In this document: in pieces, positions 54,883 through 64,000 of the stretch | Position numbering within the stretch: position 1 is the stretch's first letter | Layout of the letters: the number at the start of each line of letters is the position of its first letter | Source of the DNA: Octopus sinensis | Lineage: Eukaryota | Direction: 5' to 3' | Length of the DNA stretch: 64,000 nucleotides | Assembly: GCF_006345805.1 (NCBI RefSeq) | Contig: NC_043008.1 | Location: 60,078,001-60,142,000, forward strand | The notes under the pieces: model-generated | Databases searched by the model: none | Told to the model about the DNA's origin: nothing | The model's input: only the letters and a program-made list of their open reading frames with translations | Program-made: the position numbers and the translations under genes

Positions 54883-54885
<3 letters not shown>
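54716..54885 (+). mobile_element. Probable Penelope-type terminal fragment with a degenerate hammerhead
   Basis: CTGTGGA-A-GAGC-GTAG-GCTC-GAAAC-GTT at 54761-54788; ends against (TA)n. Confidence 0.4.
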
Positions 54886-54928
<43 letters not shown>

Positions 54929-55284
54929 GGAGAATTCACAATTCTTTTGACCAATCCTTCCATCCTGCCCTCGAATTCTCCTGCACTATTTCCAACTTTC
55001 CAACTTTCCAACACTTCTGTCGCCTATCTCGACATCGGCATGATGAGGTCGACTTTGCCTTTTGTTTCTTCATTTTGTTTCTTCACTAAAACCATTCGAG
55101 AACAGGGGTCGCTCTAATCTACCTATCCCACGAGCAACAATTTTGAGGTGGGGGATAATTAAATATCGTCGATCCCAGAAACTAAATGGTAAAGATGACC
55201 CCAAAGGGAACTGATCTAAAAATGCAAGCAGTATGCCAAGCATAGTGTCTGATCCTCTGGCGATTCTGCTTTTAAATCACCCTC

Positions 55285-55380
<96 letters not shown>

Positions 55381-55405
55381 ACTATCTATCTAGCTAGCTA
55401 GCTAT
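55285..55405. repeat. (TATC)n microsatellite
   Basis: Direct reading. Confidence 0.95.
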
Positions 55406-55587
55406 CTGTCTATGCACACGTTTATATACATGTTTATGCACACACACACACATATATGCACGCATAAGTATACAGATTTGAAAAAATACATATGGATATA
55501 TATATATATGAATATATATATATATGTGTGTGTGCGTGTGTGTTTTTGTGTGAGTGCCTGTGTATAGATATATGAGTATATATAAAT

Positions 55588-55628
<41 letters not shown>

Positions 55629-56599
55629 CGCGTGTGTCTGTATATGGATACACGTACAAGAACCTAAGGAAGAAAAGATTGCAAAAATATTATTCACCAA
55701 AATAATATTAAATTAGTCTAATGAAGGGCATATCTTAATAATGTAGTCGTGACAGTAGATTTAATGAGATAAACTCGTAATACTTTCCCATTAATAAGCT
55801 ATAAAAATTTGCATCACTCCAATTCTGTTATTTTATGTTTCCTATTTCAAAAATCAAATAAGAAATAGAAGCATAACCTTGTTAAGTCATCTACTGAGAG
55901 AATAAAATTCCAGTATCACGATTAATTTAATTCAAATAGTTTGGTATGGATGATGTTTTGCATGACACGTTGTTGTTTCATATATTAATATCATGCATAT
56001 GGATAACAGAAGAAAAAATAGAAGACAAAAGAAAAAAACATACACATACACACGCACGCACGCACAAAGAAAAACTCCATTTTAAAATAGCGAAACAAAA
56101 AGAATATTAAATGGTTTAGAATTTTTCAAGAAAATAAATTCTAGAATATCATTAATAATTACGAAAATTCAGTCAAGCATAGGGAAAAGGTCTAAAAGTT
56201 TGAGGGCACCATTAAATTAGAGGATTAAATCTTCAGTGGAACTTTATTTTGTCTATTCTGTGAGAGGACGAAATTTAAAGATGACTTCGTCGGGATTTAA
56301 AATCAAAATATAGACAGGCGGAACAAAAACCGACAGTTTTCTGCATGTCCCGTTAAGTATCCTGCCAAACCACCACCATATTACTAATGATCGTATAATA
56401 GGTACGAAAGCTAAAATTTGCGGGAAGGATCTAAATAATTATGCCGAACACAATGTTTATCTGGTACTTTTATTTATCGATGCAGATTATTGGTGAAAGG
56501 CAAAGTTGACAATAACGATTTTACCAGCTTACCGCCTTAAAAATATAAATGATAATTGATCCTAATTTAGACACAAGACCATCAGTTTTGAGGAGAAAT

Positions 56600-56911
56600 C
56601 CTTCTTAATCGTTTTTGCCCCTTGTGGAGCATAGGGCCGGTTTCCCGGTTTTATTGGCGTATAGGCTCCCCACCTGGACGGAACACCGGTCCGTCGCAGG
56701 TGAGCTGTAAGATGCTGGAGAAAAGAGTGAGAGAACGTTGTGACGAAAGAGTCAGCAGAAGTTCGCCATTACCTTATGCCGGAGCCGGCATATATATATA
56801 TATACACATATATTTTTTTCAAATTGGTATACATCGCCCGGTCTGATATTCGAACTCGCGATCCCTCGATCGCGAATCCTCTGCTCTAACCACTAGGTAA
56901 TTTATCTCCAC
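56600..56911 (-). mobile_element. tRNA-derived SINE, head A + tail 2 variant, nested in an old family-C copy
   Basis: 12-bp TSD TTGAGGAGAAAT (56588-56599, 56912-56923); internal TA expansion. Confidence 0.8.
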
Positions 56912-57140
56912 TTGAGGAGAAATAGTGAAATGATACTATCGATCCAGTAATTGAGCGGCACTCTGTTACGTTGATGTCCCTAGGGTGAGATTAATTGCAA
57001 AGATGACCCTTGCAGTATTTGAACTTAGAATGTAAAGAGCCGGATCAAATACCGTAATGCAACTTGTTCCCCGACACTGTAGCCACTCTGTCAGTACATT
57101 GCCTTAATAAATCTAGTTATAATAGTTATTTCGTACATTT

Positions 57141-57590
57141 AAGGCCGCGAGCTGGTAGAATCCTTAGAATGGCAGAATGCTTAGCGGAATTTCATATGTC
57201 TATACTTTCTAAGTTCAAATTCCGCAGAGGTCGACTTTGCCTTTCATCCTTGCGGGGTCGATATAATAAGTACCAGTGGATCACTGAAGTCGACGTAATC
57301 GACTTACCCCTACCTCCAAATTGTTGGCCGTGTGCCAGAATTTGAAGTCAATAATAACCATTTCGAACGTTTAAGGCAGCAAGCTGGGAGAATGTTTGGC
57401 TCGCCGTGCGAAATGCTTAGCGGCATTTGGTCCGTCTTTACATTCTGAATTCAAATTCCGTCGTTGTAGACTTTGCCTTCCATCTTTTCAGGGACCTTAA
57501 ACTAAGTACCAGTGGAACAATGGGGTCGATGTAATCGACTTATCACCTTCCCTGAAACTTCTGGTCTTCTGCGAAAACTTGAAACCAATA
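57141..57590 (+). mobile_element. Two older family C SINEs in tandem
   Basis: Heads at ~57141 and ~57373 with the family centre motif. Confidence 0.75.
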
Positions 57591-58175
57591 AATGTTTCTA
57601 ACGTAGACAAAAAGCGAAAAATGTAGATGGCGTAGGTGAATCGATATCATAGCAAATAAGTTCTTGTGTGGTATTTTATTTTATATCATCTAATCCGGAA
57701 AAATGAAATATAAATCAACCTTGGATAGATCAGAAACGATATCGTTTGGGATCGCAACTAAACGCTATATAGCATTTTTTTATCGGACGGTCTGACAACT
57801 CAGTCCATAATTGCTATCAATGTTATTAACAACGAACCTAAATTTCAATAATGATAAATTGAAAGAATGTGTTTAAACTTAAAATACATACATGCATACA
57901 GCCTGTAGCAATTTACTAAATTTATAGAGCAATAATAATTACAATAAACAAAAAAGCTATTTTCAGTTGACCAGAAGAAATAGGAATTAAGTATTCCTTT
58001 TATATCAACATTAAAAATATTGATTTAGTTTCCCATGTTGTATTTCTAATATGATTTATAATCGTATATTCCATAACGCATAAAAACATAATGTAGGATC
58101 TGTATGAAAGTTATTTCGTGTTTAAAAAATTCTGGATTGAACGCCCCAAGAAAGCATAATGTATTAATCGATGAT

Positions 58176-58214
<39 letters not shown>

Positions 58215-58218
58215 TATA

Positions 58219-58259
<41 letters not shown>

Positions 58260-59207
58260 CATATATATATATACATATATATATCACATATGTGTATATG
58301 TTTTGCTTACATTCTTAAACATACGCACACGTAAAAACACACGCACATATATAACATGCATATTTATATATATGCATGTGTGTGTGTGTATGTATGCTAT
58401 GCGTGTATATACATTTATGTGTTTGTGTCGTGAATGTATAATACGTATTCTGCCCTGATTCGGTAAATACATTGTCGTCTCTGCAGTAACAGAAAAGTCA
58501 TTTAAGTAAAGTAGAATATGGTGTTAACCTTATTTACACAATTGATTGTCAATATCGACACAAATATATAAATAAATAAAAGAATAATTGAAAGAGAAAT
58601 AAAACTTAAATGTAAATCACTTTGGACACAATATTTTTCTCATAATATTTCAAGCTGGCGCAAATTGGGGCAAAGTAAGTAAGAGATTTGAGGGAGTGAG
58701 AAAGAAATAGGTACGTAAAATGTTTGGGAGATAGTGCACAGTATTTCTTTCTACAGCCCTCTATCTTTCACTCACTTTCTAAATATGTAAGCATGTGTTT
58801 ATGTATCTGTGTGTATGTGTGTGTGTGAGCATGTGTGTGTATCTCTGTGTCTTTGTTTGTACATATCTTCTAACGCAGTCGCCATTTTAATATCGTGCTA
58901 TTTTCGTTTATAAAATTGTCCATATTGCTCAACTTGGAGATATCACAACCCTTCCTCTCCAAATACAATAGATTTCTCGCTGGAAATGAAAATAATTTAT
59001 TTCAGGGTGGTTCATTCGACTGGTCTGAAAATGAGGACCAAGTGAGTGCTGGTGCAGCACCCCACCTAAATGTCTGTCTCTCTTTCTCCTTCCCTCCTTC
59101 AGACACACCCGCTGGCTAAAATGGTGGTGTGTCCGGGGTAATCTGTACTCACTTAAACAATTAGTGAAAGCATCTATCATGTTATCATGCATTATTCGCT
59201 TGAGGAT

Positions 59208-59238
<31 letters not shown>

Positions 59239-59743
59239 GCACTACATACACACATATTCAACAAGTTTCTTCTACAGTTTCGATTTACCAAATTTACTCA
59301 GAAATCTTGGTCGGCCAAAATATGTTGTAGACACCTGCTCTAGATGTCGCTGTGGGGATTGAACCCAAAGAAGTGTGGTTTGGAAGCAAAATTCTTAACG
59401 TACAGTTCCACCTATATCTATATATATATATATACATTTATATATATATAATATTGCCGCTAAGCATTTGGTTTAGCGATGAAATGGTTCTACCAGCACG
59501 CCGTTTTGAAACGTTGGCGTAAGACCAGCAACTAGGTGTATGTGTAGGGGGGCGGGACGGTTGTATCAATTACATCGAACCCAGTGCCCAACTGGTATTT
59601 ATATTTATTGACCCCAAATTAATAAATGTCGACCTCATCGGTATTTGAAATCAGAACGTAATAAAGGAAGAAATGCTGCTATGAAATGCTAACGGCGTGC
59701 TAACAATTCTGCCTGCACGCCGCCTAAAGTGGTTACTTATATT

Positions 59744-60793
59744 CTTTTCTACTGTAGGCACAATGCTCGAAATGTTTGGGGAGAGTGGGGAAGTCGATTA
59801 GATCGACCCCAGCACGCAACTAGTACTAAATTTCTCAACGCCAAAGGATGAAATACAAAATCGACCTCAGGGGAATTTGAACTCAGAACGTAACGGCAGA
59901 TGACATACCTATTTCGTTACTACCCACAAGGGTCTAAACACGGAGAGGACAAACAAGGACAGACAAACGGATTAAGTCGATTACATCGACACCAGTGCAT
60001 AGCTGATACTTAATTTATCGACCCCGAAAGAATGAAAGGCAAAGTCGACCTCGGTGCAATTTGAACTCAAAACGTAACGGCAGACGAAATACTGCTAAGT
60101 ATTTCGTCCGGCGTACTAACGTTTCTTATTTCTTTATTGCCCACAAGGGGCTAAACATAGAGGGGACAAACAAGGACAGACAAATGGGTTAAGACGATTT
60201 TATCGACCCCAGTGCTTAACTTGTACTTATTTAATCGACCCCGAAAGGATGAAAGGCAAAGTCGACCTCGGCGGAATTTGAACTCAGAACGTAACGGCAG
60301 ACGAAATACTGCTAAGGATTTCGTCCGGCGTATTAACGTTTCTTATTTCTTTATTGCCCACAAGGGGCTAAACATAGAGGGGACAAACAAGGACAGACAA
60401 ACGGGTTAAGTCGATTATATCGACCCCAGTGCTTAACTTGTACTTATTTAATCGACCCCGAAAGGATGAAAGGCAGAGTCGACCTCGGCGGAATTTGAAC
60501 TCAGAACGTAACGGCAGATGAAATACCGCTACGCATTTCGCCCGGCGTGCTATCGTTTCTTATTTCTTTATTGCCCACAAGGGGCTAAACATAGAGGGGA
60601 CAAACAAGGACAGACAAACGGGTTAAGTCGATTATATCGACCCCAGTGCTTAACTTGTACTTATCTAATCGACCCGGAAAGGGTTAAAGGCAAAGCCGAC
60701 CTCGGCGGAATTTGAACTCAGAACGTAACGGCAGACGAAATACCGCTAAGCATTTCGCCCGGCGTGCTAACGTCTCTGTCGGCTCGCTCCCTT
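59744..60793 (-). mobile_element. SINE family C, tandem pentamer
   Basis: TTGAACTCA(G/A)AACGTAACGGCAG recurs at ~59877, 60061, 60278, 60496 and 60713; GTTACTTATATT flanks the array (59732-59743, 60798-60809). Confidence 0.9.
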
Positions 60794-61195
60794 ACTTGTT
60801 ACTTATATTGTGCGGACAATAAGAAGAGAGCATTCTATATTGCGCGTCAAGTATTAATTGGAAGTGTAATGACGCAAGAAATATAATAAAATAAGAACAA
60901 CACCTGGCACAGGTATAGCTGAATAGTTAAGCAGCTCGCCTTGAAAACTCTTGGTTTCAGGTTCCTTTCCAGTCTGCAGCACCTCGAGCAAGAATCTTTT
61001 ACTTTAATCTCAATTTGATCTCTCTCTTTCTCTGTATGCATGTATGTATGTATGTATGTATGTTTGTATGTATGTATGTATGTATGTATGTATGTATGTA
61101 TGTATGTATGTATGTATGTATGTATAAAGGTACACACCCACATGTATTTACATACACATACATATACAGTTGTACATGTATAATGTATGTATGGG

Positions 61196-61257
<62 letters not shown>

Positions 61258-61269
61258 AACCTATATATG

Positions 61270-61600
61270 TTAGTGCCAATTAACTGCCATATATTTGGCA
61301 CAAACACCTGTCTATGTGCACATTAACTGTACGTGGCAAATGGTACAGTTAATTTGCACAAAGTATGTGGATCGCCCTTGCGGTAGTACAATCCGGAAAT
61401 TCTACATCCGGATTAAGGAGCACCTACGTACACACACTTCCTCGGTTAAGAAACATCTGTTAGTTTTTATGTAGTGCTTCGAACGTTCGAAATATAATTC
61501 AATACCTTTTAGTAGAGTAACACTTTTATTAATCTTTACAAGGAAAATTTTGTCACCTGCTTCGAAATGTTGGCTTACTAACTGATGATGACTACTAAGC
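61270..61600 (+). mobile_element. Penelope-like retroelement 3' relic (GIY-YIG endonuclease fragment followed by a hammerhead 5' half)
   Basis: 61340-61474 translates to MVQLICTKYVDRPCGSTIRKFYIRIKEHLRTHTSSVKKHLL, resembling the Penelope VYQxxC..C...YIGST.R....RIKEHL...SSV.KHL pattern. CTGATGA at 61582. Starts next to (TATC)n. Confidence 0.7.
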
Positions 61601-61663
61601 CAAAGTTAGTCAGTATTAACATTTCTCTGGTGAAAATTAATACACACACACGCATACATATAT

Positions 61664-61829
61664 GATTGGCTGTGTGGTAAGTAGCTTGCTAACCAACCAC
61701 ATGGTTCCGGGTTCAGTCCCACTGCGTGGCATCTTGGGCAAGTGTCTTCTGCTATAGCCCCGGGCCGACCAATGCCTTGTGAGTGGATTTGGTAGACGGA
61801 AACTGAAAGAAGCCTGTCGTATATATGTA

Positions 61830-61909
<80 letters not shown>

Positions 61910-62121
61910 TTGTGTGTCTGTGTTTGTACCCCTAGCATTGCTTGACAACCGATCCTGGTGTGTTTACGTCCCCGTCACTTAGCGGTTCGGCAAAAGAGAC
62001 CGATAGAATAAGTACTGGGCTTACAAAAGAATAAGTCCTGGGGTCGATTTGCTCGACTAAAGGTGGTGCTCCAGCATGGCCGCAGTCAAATGACTGAAAC
62101 AATTAAAAGAGTAAAAGAGTA
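61664..62121 (+). mobile_element. SINE family D
   Basis: Near-identical to 63189-63598 with a longer internal microsatellite. Confidence 0.9.
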
Positions 62122-62364
62122 ATATATACATACACACACGCCATTAGTGTTTGTATATACTAATGTCAAACATTGTCGTACTAAAGTCAAAACGACACCT
62201 CAGTACTTAGACGTAATTCTTTACTCCGGCTATTCAATTAATGGTACTCCAAATGAATACAAGTATAAGTAGCAATGTTGTTATAATTGAATGTAATCTT
62301 TGGATGGTTTTTCTCTAGCGATGCCGCTACTCAGTGACTGAAACTACTTAAGGAATAATAAAAA

Positions 62365-62399
62365 ATAATGATGATGATGATGAGGATGATGATAATAAC

Positions 62400-62430
<31 letters not shown>

Positions 62431-62432
62431 GC

Positions 62433-62517
<85 letters not shown>

Positions 62518-62593
62518 GTAATAATAATAATAATGATAATAATAATAATAATAATAACAACAGCAATAATAATAATAATAATGATAACAACAA
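62365..62593. repeat. Compound trinucleotide tract (ATG)n(ACC)n(AAC)n(AAT)n
   Basis: Direct reading. Confidence 0.95.
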
Positions 62594-63188
62594 TACATTT
62601 TTGTCTGTTTCATGCTATTCTTGGCACCGGTAATTCATTTTAAGAGAAACTTCTGACTTCTGCTGGACTTATTCTATTACAGAAAGCATGAAGTTTTGGC
62701 TGCCTTTCTATTCAATTAACCAAATAACACCATTTTAAAACATCTAAATACCACAAATTCATTTATCTGTATTTCTGGGTTTTTTTTTTGTCATATATAA
62801 GATATAAAAAATAGAAGAGAAAGTAGTATTACTAAAATGAGGAAACTAACAGGCGTAATGTATTTACTATGACATTCTGCCCTGTCAGCCGCCATTTCGT
62901 AATCAACTATTTTAGATTATTAATAGTTAAAAGTTACGACAGCCGAATGGATTAGTTAGCTGACATCTGCATTGTGTTTTCCCCTCACTTTCCACGGACA
63001 TCATGAAATAGGAAAACGGAATATTTTGTTATATTTTGATATTTGTTTTCTAGTTCCAGTTATTAAAAAACGGTAATGCTCGTTCATCCCCTTGAGTGAC
63101 ATTAGTAAATTATAACAGCCACACTGCTTCTGCTTAGTTTCAATATTCATTTTTTGAATTTCATATGGAATTTCAGCTAAAGTTTATA

Positions 63189-63349
63189 GGCGCAGGAGTG
63201 GCTGTGTGGTAAGTAGCTTGCTAACCAACCACATGGTTCCGGGTTCAGTCCCACTGCGTGGCATCTTGGGCAAGTGTCTTCTGCTATAGCCCCGGGCCTT
63301 GTGTGTGGATTTGGTAGACGGAAACTGAAAGAAGCCTGTCGTATATATG

Positions 63350-63386
<37 letters not shown>

Positions 63387-63598
63387 TGTGTGTGTTTGTG
63401 TGTCTGTGTTTGTCCCCCTAGCATTGCTTGACAACCGATGCTGGTGTGTTTACGTCCCCGTCACTTAGCGGTTTGGCAAAAGAGACCGATAGAATAAGTA
63501 CTGGACTTACAAAGAATAAGTCCCGGGGTCGATTTGCTCGACTAAAGGCGGTGCTCCAGCATGGCCGCAGTCAAATTACTGAAGCAAGTAAAAGAGTA
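63189..63598 (+). mobile_element. SINE family D with internal (TA)n(TG)n microsatellite
   Basis: tRNA-like head GGCGCAGGAGTGGCTGTGTGGTAAG...GGTTCAGTCCC, CORE-like CTTGGGCAAGTG and a 3' AGTAAAAG repeat. Confidence 0.9.
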
Positions 63599-63814
63599 TA
63601 TGTTTAGTTATATGCAAAGTGGCAAATTGGTTGAACTGTTAATATATTGTATAGAACGGCAGGCAATATTTTCCATGGCTTGATTCAAAATTCACCAAAA
63701 TGTCTTGGTTTAATTCATTGGGGCAAAAATCCTTTAACGTAGTACTGTAGAGTAGTATCACAGGTGTCATAGTGTGTCTGTGTCATAGGGATTGAAGGGT
63801 AGTTTGAGCGAATT

Positions 63815-64000
63815 ATTAGTTTGAAATCTTGGCACAAGGCAGTAATTTTGTGGACGGCTGGGGTGAAGATTAGTCGAATAAATCGATCCATTGTTCAGCT
63901 GGTATTTATTTAATCGACGTCGAACAGATGAAACGCAAAGTTGGCCTCGGAGGAACTTGAACTCAGAGTGCAAAGACGGACGAAATACCGTTGCTTACGT
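63815..64000 (-). mobile_element. Older family C SINE, truncated by the window end
   Basis: CAGCTGGTATTTATTTAATCGAC...TTGAACTCAGAG. Confidence 0.65.

Noticed and set aside
58440-58495. Minus-strand acceptor followed by ATG as a candidate upstream exon of the Ig gene
   Set aside because: No strong donor and no signal-peptide-like sequence.
60212-60715. Recurrent RPRKDERQSRPRRNLNSER peptides
   Set aside because: Translations of SINE family C.
62344-62643. Poly-Y, poly-L and poly-I ORFs
   Set aside because: Trinucleotide microsatellite artefacts.

Overview
AT-rich, microsatellite-saturated animal genomic DNA. The SINE families, the (TA)n/(TATC)n/(TACA)n density and the long introns suggest a coleoid cephalopod, most likely Octopus; this is an inference from recalled repeat sequences, not a database result. 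Only one convincing host exon is visible: a 134-bp minus-strand exon (26445-26578) encoding the start of an Ig domain of a Dpr/ZIG-8-like cell-surface protein, so most of the window is probably intron. The rest is mainly four kinds of tRNA-type SINE, some with swapped heads and tails and some in tandem multimers. There is also an internally deleted mariner, Tc2- and Tigger-type MITEs, hAT and CR1/L2 fossils, a possible solo LTR and minisatellites. The most notable signal is a set of type I hammerhead ribozyme motifs sitting in or beside microsatellites. One is a retrozyme-like element (36501-37200) with two intact-looking hammerheads 470 nt apart flanking a hairpin-rich non-coding unit; a Penelope GIY-YIG relic lies at about 61.3 kb. 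Nearly all ORFs in the supplied track are microsatellite or SINE translations.
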